64,000 nt of DNA, taken from positions 1,472,001 to 1,536,000 of the forward strand of contig CAWJCS010000006.1 in assembly GCA_963841435.1 (NCBI GenBank), in the 5' to 3' direction. The notes below the pieces were generated by a model. It searched no databases. It was not told the origin of the DNA and saw only the letters and a list, made by a program, of their open reading frames with translations. Position 1 is the first letter of the stretch. Every line of letters begins with the position of its first letter. This document shows, piece by piece, positions 48,203 to 58,168 of the stretch. This DNA comes from an uncultured delta proteobacterium. GTDB lineage: Bacteria > Myxococcota_A > Polyangia > Polyangiales > Polyangiaceae. The translations under genes and the position numbers were made by a program.

Positions 48203-50767
48203 CTACTCGCCGATGACGGGTGCGGACCCCGACACGGCCGTCGTGAAGAAGCGGACCATGTCGTCGTTGGCTTCCGGCACGTCGAACACGACGAAGTGGC
48301 CGTCCCGCCCGGAGGGCGGCTCGTACTGCCGAACGCCGGCGGTGATCGTCGCCATCACCTCGTTGGCGGAGAGCGGAGGGCTGCTCGTGAAGAGCCCAAT
48401 GTCGTCGATCAGAGGCTCGACCTGCGTCAGCTCACCCGCGATCGCGTAGATGTCGAGCGTCGTGGGGGGCGAGTAGCTGTCGCCCATCCCGTACGTCTGG
48501 AACACGTGCTTGGGCGCGTGGCTCCCGATCGGCGAGCGCATGACGCTTCGGGCGAAATTCAGCGGGTCCGCGGGGTCGATCCACTGCTGCAGCAGCGAAA
48601 GCACCGGGTGGAGCTCGCCCAGCGAGCCGGCGGCCGTCGTGTCGGAGAGCGCCAGGGGCAAGAGCGCGCGCACGTCAACCGGCTTGGATTTGGTGAGCAG
48701 CGCGTTCATGAGGCTCGCACCGTTGCCGCTCAAGACGGCTGCCTTGTACCCGTCCGCGAACGGGAGCATCAGGCTGCCCTCCGTCGAGCCCTGCGAGTGC
48801 CCGAAGAAGAAGATCTCGTCGGGGTCGATCGTCGTGGGCATGCCGTTCGAGCCGTCGATGGTCGCGGCGAAGCGGGCGAGCGAGAGCTGATCGGTTGCGC
48901 CCTGGAGGGGGTTGCCGCGCGCTGCCGCGGGATTCAGGAAGTTGAAGAAGAGGTCGTCGGGTGACGCCGTGGAGTCACCGCGGCGCGGGCCGTGCTCCAC
49001 CTGATCGATGCCGAGCACGGCGAACTTGACGCTCCCCGAGCTCAACGAGCCGGCGACACTTGCCGTCACGTGGTCGCGGAAGGAGCCACCCGTGCCGTGC
49101 GCAAAGACCACGAGCGGCCAGCCGTTGCTGGGGGCGGTTCCCGTGGGCACCGTCAACGACAGGCACACGTCCTCGCTGCCCGGATCGTTCGGGTCGCCGA
49201 TGCCTCCGCCGTCGGCGGGCGTCAGATACGGCGCCGTGCCCTCCTGGAAGATCGGAAGCCTGACGAGCGCGTGGTACTCGTCGTAGTCGGCCGTCGAGGC
49301 ACCGCAGGCGCGCTTGCCCGTGTGATCGGGACACGGCGAGGTGATGCCGTCGTCGCAGAGCGTCCAGTCCTTCGCTGTGGGCGCCGGCAGGCTTTCGACG
49401 GCGGCCGCGAGGCTCGCCATCGTGGCCTGGGTGTCCCCGACGGTGAACACCGTGGCATCGAGAATCGACGCCGGGTCGATCGAGTTGTCCGCGAGGTAGT
49501 CGCGCAGCGGCGCGTACTTCGCGTGAACGTCGGCCAGCGTGGTGTCCTTCGGCGTGGCGCTGCCGAGCACGGAGATCAGGTTTGCGGGTCGCGTGACGGT
49601 GCCGCCCCCCATCGCCTTCACGCCCGTCGTGATCCAGACGGCGTAGGTGTGGTTCGCGAGCAGCGGCATCCCCTTGGGTCGCCGCATGGCGATCCAGTTG
49701 TCGCAAACGTACGGCGTGCGCCCACCCGAGTAGTACCAGCCGAGCCCGACGGACGCGCCCAGCTCCGGCGCCCCCGGCGTCACGTCGATCCAGGCGACGA
49801 CGCTTTGCTGCATCAGCGAGTCGATGTCGAGGCTGCCGGAGAAGCGGAACATCACGGTCGAGTAAGTGCCCCAGCCGTCGTCATTGGCCTCGAGCGCGTC
49901 AACGTAAAGCTTGACCGGATCGACCCCGAGCAGCCCCGCTCCGGGCGTTGGAAAACCGTCCAGATCGAGCCCGTTCGGGCTGCGGCGCGCGTCATTCGGG
50001 AACGGCAGCCGGAAGAAGTCGCCCTCGACCGCGCCGTCGGCCCCGGGCACCTCGAAGTAGGCGCGCACGCCGGAGGTCACGGGCGGCTCGCACGTCACTC
50101 CGCGCCAGATCGGTGCACCAATCGGCTGCGGCGCGCAGGCGCCGTCAACGCAGGCGAGGCCGCCGTAGCAATCCGGCGAAACCGCGCAGTCGCCGCCGAT
50201 GTTGACGGTGCCCTGAGGTAAACAGTGAGCCGAGAGACCGGCGAACGTGCACTTGAGGCCCGCCATGCAGTCGGAGTCGAAGGCGCAGGAATCCCCTTCG
50301 GCACCGTCGCCCTCGGGATTGCAGGTGCCCCCGCTGCACTGGAGGCCCGAGGAGCACTCGGGCTGAATGACGCAAGGCTCGCCCGTCTTGCCGCTGCCGT
50401 TTGCGACGCAAAGCCCGTCGAGGCAGTCGAGGCCGGTGCGGCAGCGCTCGCCGCCCGAGCAATCTTCGCCGACGCCGGCGCCCGTCGGCACGCCGGCGCT
50501 GCCGCCGCTGCCGCCGCCACCCGAGCCCGACGACCCGCCGCTCGCCGCTCTGCCACCCGAGCCCGGCGACCCGGCCTCGGCGCCGACGCCCGCTTCCCCG
50601 AGGGTTCCCGAGGAGCCGCCCGAGGCCTGAGTGCCGCCCGTCCCCCCACCCGTGCCCCCCGTCCGGTTGACATCGGCACTGTGCGAGGAGCCGCTACTGC
50701 AGCTCGCGGCGAGCGCCATCGTGATCCCTAGCGCAGCGGTCCCCAAAGCAAGCCCACTATTTCGCAT
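48203..50767 (-). CDS. Secreted lipoprotein: Gly linker, Cys-rich repeats, alpha/beta-hydrolase domain
   Basis: Lipobox AASC; about four C..GL.C repeats; PFPND, PLVVFAHGTGG, GHSQG nucleophile elbow, DGHF. Confidence 0.78.
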   Translation of the reverse strand: MRNSGLALGTAALGITMALAASCSSGSSHSADVNRTGGTGGGTGGTQASGGSSGTLGEAGVGAEAGSPGSGGRAASGGSSGSGGGGSGGSAGVPTGAGVGEDCSGGERCRTGLDCLDGLCVANGSGKTGEPCVIQPECSSGLQCSGGTCNPEGDGAEGDSCAFDSDCMAGLKCTFAGLSAHCLPQGTVNIGGDCAVSPDCYGGLACVDGACAPQPIGAPIWRGVTCEPPVTSGVRAYFEVPGADGAVEGDFFRLPFPNDARRSPNGLDLDGFPTPGAGLLGVDPVKLYVDALEANDDGWGTYSTVMFRFSGSLDIDSLMQQSVVAWIDVTPGAPELGASVGLGWYYSGGRTPYVCDNWIAMRRPKGMPLLANHTYAVWITTGVKAMGGGTVTRPANLISVLGSATPKDTTLADVHAKYAPLRDYLADNSIDPASILDATVFTVGDTQATMASLAAAVESLPAPTAKDWTLCDDGITSPCPDHTGKRACGASTADYDEYHALVRLPIFQEGTAPYLTPADGGGIGDPNDPGSEDVCLSLTVPTGTAPSNGWPLVVFAHGTGGSFRDHVTASVAGSLSSGSVKFAVLGIDQVEHGPRRGDSTASPDDLFFNFLNPAAARGNPLQGATDQLSLARFAATIDGSNGMPTTIDPDEIFFFGHSQGSTEGSLMLPFADGYKAAVLSGNGASLMNALLTKSKPVDVRALLPLALSDTTAAGSLGELHPVLSLLQQWIDPADPLNFARSVMRSPIGSHAPKHVFQTYGMGDSYSPPTTLDIYAIAGELTQVEPLIDDIGLFTSSPPLSANEVMATITAGVRQYEPPSGRDGHFVVFDVPEANDDMVRFFTTAVSGSAPVIGE

Positions 50768-50905
50768 CTCTCGACGATACCCGTCCTCGCCTCCGGCATC
50801 AACCACGGGCGAAACTGAGCATGGCGCCGGCCTCGCAGTCCGCCCGTGGCGCGTCGCCTCTCGCGCCGCGCGAGCTCCGGCCTTCCAAGACTGCCTAGCT
50901 CGAGG

Positions 50906-51970
50906 CTAGGAGGCCTCTTGCTCGACGCGATAGTCGACCGGCAGATCCAGGAAGCCTTCGAGGCAGAGAAAGTCGTAGAGCTCCTGGCACACGACGGCGG
51001 CGCTCTCGCTGTACACGTGCGGATCGCCGAAGAAGCGAACGGTCTCGTCGCGGTACTCCTCGCTCGAGGCGCCGAGACGGGTCACGAGCTCGTCGCTGCA
51101 GTAGTTCACCATCTGCTCGATGAAGACGCGCTCCCACTCGAGGCGAAACTCGCCGAACGCGTCGGAGAGGACTTTGTAGCCGACGCTGTTCGGGCGCTTC
51201 GCCGTGCGCGCCGAGCGGATCGTGTTGCGCGCCATCGGCTCCAGCCTGGGTGGCAGGTAGTCGCGCAGGAAGTCCGAGACCACCGTGGCGAAGACGCCCA
51301 TCACGCGATTGAGCTCCGGCGAACGGCGCGACAAAAACCCCACCTGCAGATCCCGCTCGACCTTGGCGAGCAAGTCGATGCTCGACTGTTTCACCTCGGC
51401 GGTCGCGAAGTCGAAGCCCTCGAGCTCGGCGCGCAGGCGGCGCTTGTAGCGGCCGAGCAGGTAGTAGAGCCCTTGCTCCGCGTGGAAGATGCGCTTGTCC
51501 TTGTCGCCCTTCGTCTTCTCGTGGAGCTCGCTTTCGAAGAAGAGCTTCGCGACGCGGCGGCCGAGGGGCTTCAAGATGCGTGTCGTGAATTGGGAGTCGG
51601 AGGAGAAGACCTTCCTGAGCAGCGCCGTCATCGTGACGAGCTGTGCGGCCTCCATCTCGTCGGCGGTTTCCTTGGTGCCGCCCTGCGCGGCCGCGGCCGC
51701 CTGCATGGCCTTGAGCTGGGCGACGACCTCCGCCGTGATCGCATCGAGCTCCGCGTTGGTTGCGAGCTCGCTCTTGTAGTGGACGACACGAGCCTGGACC
51801 TGCTCCTGCAGGAGGCCGAACGCCTGCAGCGTCAGGGCTTCCTTCTGCCCCGCGCTCATCGGCGGCGGCAGGGCGCGCCCGCCCGGCGGCGCGGCCTTTC
51901 GCGCATCGGCCGGCGGGGGCGGCGGGCGGCGGGGCGGCGGGGGCGGCGCTTTGGGGGGCTCGTCCGTCAC
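50906..51970 (-). CDS. Hypothetical protein (Pro-rich N-terminus, predicted helical)
   Basis: Long codon-biased ORF with no recognised motif. Confidence 0.7.
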   Translation of the reverse strand: MTDEPPKAPPPPPRRPPPPPADARKAAPPGGRALPPPMSAGQKEALTLQAFGLLQEQVQARVVHYKSELATNAELDAITAEVVAQLKAMQAAAAAQGGTKETADEMEAAQLVTMTALLRKVFSSDSQFTTRILKPLGRRVAKLFFESELHEKTKGDKDKRIFHAEQGLYYLLGRYKRRLRAELEGFDFATAEVKQSSIDLLAKVERDLQVGFLSRRSPELNRVMGVFATVVSDFLRDYLPPRLEPMARNTIRSARTAKRPNSVGYKVLSDAFGEFRLEWERVFIEQMVNYCSDELVTRLGASSEEYRDETVRFFGDPHVYSESAAVVCQELYDFLCLEGFLDLPVDYRVEQEAS

Positions 51971-52032
51971 GAAGCGGCAATGTTAGACGAGATCGACCTC
52001 GGGCGGCGAGAATCGACGGGAAAGACCATGCG

Positions 52033-52060
52033 TTGACAAGCGCCCGGCATGGCGTAAAAA
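52033..52060 (+). promoter_or_regulatory. Putative sigma70 promoter for bolA-grxD-surE-apt
   Basis: TTGACA-16 nt-TAAAAA ending 20 nt before the bolA ATG. Confidence 0.55.
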
Positions 52061-52080
52061 ACCCCTGGCGACGCGCCCCA

Positions 52081-52341
52081 ATGCTCGAGCCCGATAAGGT
52101 CAAGGCCCTGCTCACCGCCGGTTTCCCCGGCGCCGACATCGAGCTCGTCGACCTGACGGGCACGAAGGACCACTACCAGGCGCGCATCGTCTCCGAGGCT
52201 TTCGTCGGAAAATCGCTGATCGAGCAGCATCAGCTCGTCTACCGCGCCCTCGGCGAAGCCATGGGCGGGCCCATCCATGCGCTCGCCCTCAAGACCTTTA
52301 CCCCCGAAGGCTGGCGCGCCCAGCAGACCGGAGCCAAGTGA
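52081..52341 (+). CDS. bolA: BolA/IbaG family protein
   Basis: DHYQARIVSEAFVGKSLIEQHQLVY...IHALALKT; upstream of a monothiol glutaredoxin. Confidence 0.9.
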   Translation: MLEPDKVKALLTAGFPGADIELVDLTGTKDHYQARIVSEAFVGKSLIEQHQLVYRALGEAMGGPIHALALKTFTPEGWRAQQTGAK

Positions 52342-52652
52342 TGGACGACACGCTACGCCAACGCATCGAGAGCACGATTGGTCTCGCACCGGTCGTGCTG
52401 TTCATGAAGGGCACCAAAAACTTCCCGCAGTGCGGCTTTTCCGCCAAGGTCGTCGAGATCCTCAAGCACGAGGCCGTCGATTTTCGCGACGTGAACATCC
52501 TCACCGATGGAGAGCTCCGTCAGGGTCTCAAAGAGTATTCGAGCTGGCCGACGTTTCCGCAGCTCTACGTCAACGGTAAGCTCGTCGGAGGCTGCGACAT
52601 CGTGACGAGCCTGCACGAAAACGGGGAGCTCGGCGGGATGCTCGGCAAGTGA
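52338..52652 (+). CDS. grxD: Monothiol glutaredoxin Grx4
   Basis: LFMKGT..FPQCGFS, WPTFPQLY, GGCDI. Confidence 0.95.
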   Translation: MMDDTLRQRIESTIGLAPVVLFMKGTKNFPQCGFSAKVVEILKHEAVDFRDVNILTDGELRQGLKEYSSWPTFPQLYVNGKLVGGCDIVTSLHENGELGGMLGK

Positions 52653-53434
52653 CGGATGCGGCGGCCCGCCCGTCGGGTGGCCGCCCGCTCGTCCTGGTCT
52701 CCAACGACGACGGTTATCGCGCCCGCGGGCTCGGTCTCCTCGTGCAGGCATTGTCCCGGCGAGCCGACGTCGTGGTGTGCGCGCCCGAGGTCGAGCAGAG
52801 CGCCGCGAGCCACGCACTCAGCCTGCATCGCCCGCTGCGCCTGTTCCGCCACGACGAGCGCACGTTTTCGGTGGACGGCACGCCGGCCGACTGCGTGTAC
52901 GTCGCCCTCTACTCGGAGGGCCGAGTGCTGCCGCGGCGCCCTGACGTCGTCGTCTCCGGCGTCAACCACGGCGTGAACCTGGGGGACGACGTTTTCTACA
53001 GCGGGACGGTTGCAGCCGCGCGGGAGGCGGCGCTCAAGGGCGTCCCGGCCCTTGCCGTCTCCTGCGCTACCGACGGCAACTACGAGGCTGCCGCCGAGCT
53101 CGCCGCCGAGCTGGCCCTCGTCGTCCACGCGACCGAGCGCCCTCCCCTGCTCCTCAACGTCAACGTGCCGCGCGGCCAGGACTGGCCCGTGCGGGCCACG
53201 CGCCTCGGCCGGCGGATCTATCGCGACGAGGTCGAGTTCCGCCGTGACCCCCGCGGACGAGAGTATCTCTGGATCGGCGGGCCGGGGGCCGACCATGGGG
53301 CCGTTGCCGGCTCCGATACGGATGCGTTCGACGAGGGAGCCGTCGGCATCACGCCCCTCGTGCTCGACTTGTCGGACAGCCACGCGGCCGAGCGAGCCGA
53401 AGCGCTTGCCATTCGACTCGAGCGCGGGCATTAG
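52649..53434 (+). CDS. surE: 5'/3'-nucleotidase SurE
   Basis: SNDDG, EQSAAS, GTPADCV, SGVNHGVNLG..VFYSGTVAAA, LNVNVP, ITPL. Confidence 0.95.
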   Translation: MTDAAARPSGGRPLVLVSNDDGYRARGLGLLVQALSRRADVVVCAPEVEQSAASHALSLHRPLRLFRHDERTFSVDGTPADCVYVALYSEGRVLPRRPDVVVSGVNHGVNLGDDVFYSGTVAAAREAALKGVPALAVSCATDGNYEAAAELAAELALVVHATERPPLLLNVNVPRGQDWPVRATRLGRRIYRDEVEFRRDPRGREYLWIGGPGADHGAVAGSDTDAFDEGAVGITPLVLDLSDSHAAERAEALAIRLERGH

Positions 53435-53444
53435 ACCGGGCTAG

Positions 53445-54113
53445 ATGGCGGTAAGGAAAGGCTCGTTCGCCAAGCCCGGCAAGCCCGTGCCGGCCCGGCC
53501 CCTGCCGACGCCTCGCGGCGTCGAGCCCAAGAAGGCACCGGTGAGCGGCAGCACGCGGCACGCAGGGCCCACCACGCTGCCCGAGCTCGAGCCGCTGCGC
53601 TACGTGCGCGCGCTGATTCGCGATGTGCCCGATTTCCCTTCGCCGGGAGTCCTCTTCCGCGACATCACGCCCCTGCTCGCCGATCCGAAGGCCTTCCACA
53701 TCGTGCTCGACGCGATCGCGCACCGCTTCGTGGGCGAGCGCGTCGACGCCGTCGTCGGGGTCGAGTCGCGCGGCTTCATCTTCGGCGGCGCGCTCGCCGC
53801 GCGCCTCAACGCGAGCTTCGTCCCGGTCCGAAAGCCCGGCAAGCTACCGCACCGCACCGACAAGGTCTCGTACTCGCTCGAATACGGTGAGGCGGAGCTC
53901 GAGATGCACCGCGACTCGCTGCGCGAAGGCGCTTCGGTCCTCGTCGTCGACGACCTGCTCGCCACCGGCGGCACGGCGGCCGCAGCCGGTGAGCTCGTGC
54001 ACCGGCAGGGTGCGTTCGTGCTCGCCTATGCGTTCGTCGTCGAGCTCGTCTCGCTGAGCGGTCGCGAGCGCCTCTTGCCGACGCCGGCCGTCAGCATCGT
54101 CCGCTACGAATAG
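53445..54113 (+). CDS. apt: Adenine phosphoribosyltransferase
   Basis: PDFPSPGVLFRDITP, ESRGF, RKPGKLP, LEYG, VDDLLATGGT; basic/Pro-rich N-terminal extension. Confidence 0.93.
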   Translation: MAVRKGSFAKPGKPVPARPLPTPRGVEPKKAPVSGSTRHAGPTTLPELEPLRYVRALIRDVPDFPSPGVLFRDITPLLADPKAFHIVLDAIAHRFVGERVDAVVGVESRGFIFGGALAARLNASFVPVRKPGKLPHRTDKVSYSLEYGEAELEMHRDSLREGASVLVVDDLLATGGTAAAAGELVHRQGAFVLAYAFVVELVSLSGRERLLPTPAVSIVRYE

Positions 54114-54167
54114 GCGCGGGGCGCGGGGCACCCTTCTCCGGAAGCCCCGCCCCGAGCCGGGTCCCCG

Positions 54168-55757
54168 TCAGTTGACGCCGATCAGGAGCTGGTGAGTGCG
54201 CGCCTCGTCGGCGAGGCTCCAGCGCCCGTACTCGCTCGCGCTCGGGCTCGCCGTCAGCGTGTCCATGTGGATGCCGATGGCGATCTGCCCGCCGGAAGCC
54301 GCGGCAACCGCCGCAACGGCCTGGCTGTTCAGCGCGATGGTGAGGATGGTGCCGACGGTCGTCGTGCCCGCCATGAACGTGCCGTATTGCGTGCCCGTCA
54401 TGAGGTCGTTGTAGATAGAGGTAGCGCTCGTCCCGGTCGCCATGAGCGTGGCGATCGGCGTCGTGACGTCCCACACCGAGAACGTTTCCGTGGTCTGTGG
54501 GCTCGTAAAGGCTTCGTGCTCGAGCTTGAGCGTCACGCTCGTGACGGTGCCCGAGAACGTAGGGAGAGTGAAAACGAAGTACGAGTTGTCGGGAGAGCCC
54601 GCGCAACCGCTGCAGAAGCCCGTGAGCGTGTTCTTGTTGTCGCTCATGTGGTTGCCGGTGGAGCCCCACCAGCCGCGGTCGGCCGCGTTGACCGTCAGGG
54701 TGCTGCTTGTCACCATGGTGGTGCAGGTGGGGCCGCTCCAGCCCGACGCGCAGGTGCACGTGAACGAGTTGACGCCATCGGTGCACGCGCCGCCGTTCAT
54801 GCAGGGATTCGGCGAGCAATCGTTGATGTTCGTGCACGCGGTGCTGCCCGTGCCGCTGTAACCCGTCGGGCAGGCGCCGCAGGCTCGACCACCCGTCGAG
54901 TTCGTGCAGGTCGTCAACGGGTCGCACCCACCGTTGTTGGTGAGGCACTCGTTGATGTCCGTGCAGCCGGTCGCGCCGGTGCCGCTGTAGCCCGTCGGGC
55001 AAGCGCCGCAGGTGCGGCTGCCGGGTGTGTTGGTGCAGGACGTGAGCGGGTCGCAGCCGCCGTTGTCGGTCGCGCACTCGTTCACGTCGGTGCACCCTGC
55101 CTTGCCGGTGCCCGTGTAGCCGGAAGGACAGCTGCCGCAGGAATAGCTGCCCGCGGTATTCGAGCAGGTCGTGAGCGGATCGCAGCCACCGTTGTTGGTG
55201 GCACACTCGTTCACGTCGGAGCCACAGGTGCTGCCGGTGTATCCGGTGCCCGTGCAATCGCAGGTCGGGCTTCCGAGCAGCACCACGCAAGAGCCGCGAT
55301 GCTCGCACGCGGGCTCGCAATCCATCGAGACGACGGCGTCGCAGTTTTGCCCCGAGTAGCCCGAATCGCATTCACAGAGGTAGTCGCTGCCGTCGACGCT
55401 GCAGGTCCCGTTCACGCAGGGATCGGGGTCGCAGGGGTCGGCGGGGCCGTCGCCGCCGTCGCCGCCCTGCCCGTCGCCAGCGTCGCCGATCGTGCCGCCC
55501 GAGCCGCCGGAGCTTCCGCCCCTGCCCGTGCCCGCGTTGCCCCCAGTCGAGCCGCCCGAGCCGCCTTTCCCAGCAGAGCTGCCGCCTCTGCCGCCCGTGC
55601 TCGAGCCCGCGGTACCTCCGGACGAGCCTCCGGTGCCGGGCTCGCCGCCCTGCGGCGGATTGGCGTCGTCCGGGGCGATCTTCGAGCTGCCGGAGCAAGC
55701 TGCTGAAAGTGCGATGGCTACGCCTGTAACCCCCCAGGCTTTAAGAAACTTGTTCAT
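54168..55757 (-). CDS. Lipoprotein with EGF-like and calcium-binding EGF repeats
   Basis: Lipobox SAAC, Gly linker, three D(V/I)NEC..NGGCDPLT.C.N..G units and NINDCSPNPCMNGGACTDGVNSFTCTC. Confidence 0.85.
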   Translation of the reverse strand: MNKFLKAWGVTGVAIALSAACSGSSKIAPDDANPPQGGEPGTGGSSGGTAGSSTGGRGGSSAGKGGSGGSTGGNAGTGRGGSSGGSGGTIGDAGDGQGGDGGDGPADPCDPDPCVNGTCSVDGSDYLCECDSGYSGQNCDAVVSMDCEPACEHRGSCVVLLGSPTCDCTGTGYTGSTCGSDVNECATNNGGCDPLTTCSNTAGSYSCGSCPSGYTGTGKAGCTDVNECATDNGGCDPLTSCTNTPGSRTCGACPTGYSGTGATGCTDINECLTNNGGCDPLTTCTNSTGGRACGACPTGYSGTGSTACTNINDCSPNPCMNGGACTDGVNSFTCTCASGWSGPTCTTMVTSSTLTVNAADRGWWGSTGNHMSDNKNTLTGFCSGCAGSPDNSYFVFTLPTFSGTVTSVTLKLEHEAFTSPQTTETFSVWDVTTPIATLMATGTSATSIYNDLMTGTQYGTFMAGTTTVGTILTIALNSQAVAAVAAASGGQIAIGIHMDTLTASPSASEYGRWSLADEARTHQLLIGVN

Positions 55758-55964
55758 GCGTATCGAGCCTCCCGAAGGTAAATTCCGCCCATCTTATCAG
55801 CGCCCGCTCGGACGGCGAAACCATTTCTTTCTGCGACCAGGGTCGAGAACACGTGCCCGTTCCAGCCGCGGTGCTCGGGTCGCGTGCGCTACCGGTCCCC
55901 ACAGCGGGTCACCTTCCGCTCGCATCTTTGTGACATCGCGCGCACGAGCCCGCGCGGAGCTTCC

Positions 55965-57015
55965 TCACGGCGTCGCGTCACCGAGCTCGACCGCGTAGGA
56001 AGCGAGCGCGGTGTTGCCCCCGACGGCTCCGAGTGGCGTCCAAGGAGGGTTCGTGGTGCCGAGGCGCGCGCTGTTGTCGAGCACGATGAAATACTGGCCC
56101 GCGGGCAGAGGCAGACGCTGCTCGACCATGCCGCCCGGTAGCGCAGAAAATGAAAAGATTGGAGGGCCCGGGGGTGGCCCGAGGGGCGCGCCCGCGCCGA
56201 GCGCCTGGCGCCAAAGATCGCCCGTTCCTCGCGGCAGCACGAGCACGTCGAGCGCGGGACCCGTCACCGCGAGCCGCAGGTAGAGCGCCTGATCGGTGGT
56301 TTCGACCTGGAACGGACCGACGAGGACCATCTGATCTCTGGTGCACCTCGGCCGTCTCGCTCGCGAGCATGCGGCGCCCCTGTGAGGTAGCGAACGGTTG
56401 CGGCGGTCGCGCCGGTGGCGAGAGTTGTCCGAGCGCGAACGAGTCGCCCTCGTCGGCGCGCACCACCGTGAAGCCGCTCGCAAGCTCGGCCGAGACGACC
56501 TGGCCGCCGAAGCCGTTGACGAGGGAACCGAGCGGTCCCTGTGCTGCGCTGTCGAGAAGCTTCATCTCCACCGAGGTCACCTGGAAAACGGGGCCCGTGA
56601 CGACGCGCGCCGGGCGTGCCCACACGTAGGTGGCGTCCTCGGCGAGATAGAAGTCCATCCGGTATTCGACGCTCGCGAGCACGGTGAACGCCACGCGACC
56701 GGCAATTGGCGTCCAAGCCAGTCCGGTGCCCGAAAACGAGAGCGTGATGGTTTGGCTCGGATCGTTGACCTGAACGCTGCACTGCTCGGGGTAGAGCCTG
56801 CCGATGACGTTCGGGCTCGTTGCGAGCCGGAGCGGCGCGGACCGGCTCAGCATTTCGGGACAAATGCGGTTCGCGCCGAAGTTCGAGAACAGCCACCAAC
56901 GAAGCTCTGGGCTCGCGTTCACGGGACCCCGCGCGCAGGGGCAACCGACGAACGCGAGCGCAAGGAGCGTCGCAAACAAGCACCGCGAGTGGAGTCGGGA
57001 AGCGTCGCCCGTCAC
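55965..57015 (-). CDS. Hypothetical lipoprotein; frameshift near 56335
   Basis: Lipobox FVGC; joins ORFs 55978-57114 and 55965-56483 at ETAEVHQ/DQMVLVGPF. Confidence 0.6.
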
Positions 57016-57902
57016 GAGAGCCCTCGGGAAGCGATGTCGCTCAGCGCCTCGATGAGCCCCGCTGCGACACCGAGGGCGGGGACGCGTTCGAGCTCGAGCC
57101 CGAGCTCGGCGCACTGAGCGCGCGCCTCGACATCGAGGTCGTAGAGCGTCTCGACGTGCTCCGCCATGAACCCGAACGGCGCGACGACGACCTTCGTGAC
57201 GCCCCGCTCGCGAGCGCCCTCGAGCGCCGAGCGGAGCGTGGGCCCGAGCCAGTCGCCACCGTCGGCACCCTGGCTCTGGAACGCGAGCTCGTACGGCACG
57301 CCCAGGGCGTCGCCGATGGCCTGGGCGCTCGCGGCCACCAGGTCCCCGTACGGGTCTCCCGCCCGGACGACGGCCGTGGGCAGGCTGTGCGCGGTCAGGA
57401 CCAGCGCCGCTCCCGGAGAGAGCCTTTTCCGGATGAGCTCGGCCTGCGCCTGGATGAGCGCCGGGTGAGTGCCGAAGCTCGAAACGGCCAGGAGCGCCGG
57501 AACCTGCTCTCCGAGGGCCAGAAGCTCGCGCCGTTCCGCCTCCGCCGCCCCCTGATAGACGTGGACACTGAAGGGGGCGAGCGGGACGACGACGAGTCGT
57601 TCGAGACCCAGGGCTGCCGCGCGGCGTAGGGCGGACAGGATGCTTGGCTCGCTGAGCCTCATGCCCACCATTGCGGGGATGCCCAACGCGGCTCCCACGG
57701 CGGCCGCCTGCTGCTCCGTCACCTCGAGGAGTGGAGACTTTCCAATCAGCGCATAACGACGCTGCGTCTCGCGAACGAGCTCGGGCGACGCGGGGCGGCC
57801 ACGCCGGATCCGAGCGAGAAAGGCAGGTATTTCATCGAGTTTCTCGATGGTTCCATGCGCCAGGAATAGTGCCCCGTCCCGTGTTGTTCGATCCGCCTGC
57901 AT
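57012..57902 (-). CDS. hemH: Ferrochelatase
   Basis: LAHGT, RY..IGKSPL, GMR, PLAP.S, TAHSLP..GDPY, FQSQG, WLGP, GFMAEHVETLYDLD. Confidence 0.92.
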   Translation of the reverse strand: MQADRTTRDGALFLAHGTIEKLDEIPAFLARIRRGRPASPELVRETQRRYALIGKSPLLEVTEQQAAAVGAALGIPAMVGMRLSEPSILSALRRAAALGLERLVVVPLAPFSVHVYQGAAEAERRELLALGEQVPALLAVSSFGTHPALIQAQAELIRKRLSPGAALVLTAHSLPTAVVRAGDPYGDLVAASAQAIGDALGVPYELAFQSQGADGGDWLGPTLRSALEGARERGVTKVVVAPFGFMAEHVETLYDLDVEARAQCAELGLELERVPALGVAAGLIEALSDIASRGLS

Positions 57903-58168
57903 CAAAGCGACCGCGCGCACTCTAGCCTCGTTCGCTCCGCCGATGCTCCCCAGAGTCGCGCCCGAGAAGCCAGAACGCCGTGGCTCGGGATGACACCCGA
58001 CGGATCTGGTGACCCAGGGGGGCCGTGAGGATCGACTCTTGCGGGGAGGGGGTATGCTGAGGTAGGTAAGAGACGCTGGGTGACGTACATGAACACTCGG
58101 ATTCATCCAGTCTTATCGATGGTATCGTTGATGGTCGCTCCGGGGGGCAGACGAACGGATCCCGAGAC

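Noticed and set aside
57985-58166. Hairpins in the hemH-kinase intergenic region (CTGGGTGA/TCATCCAG; CTCGGGAT/ATCCCGAG)
   Set aside because: Short stems with no recognisable RNA family; compatible with an ordinary divergent promoter region
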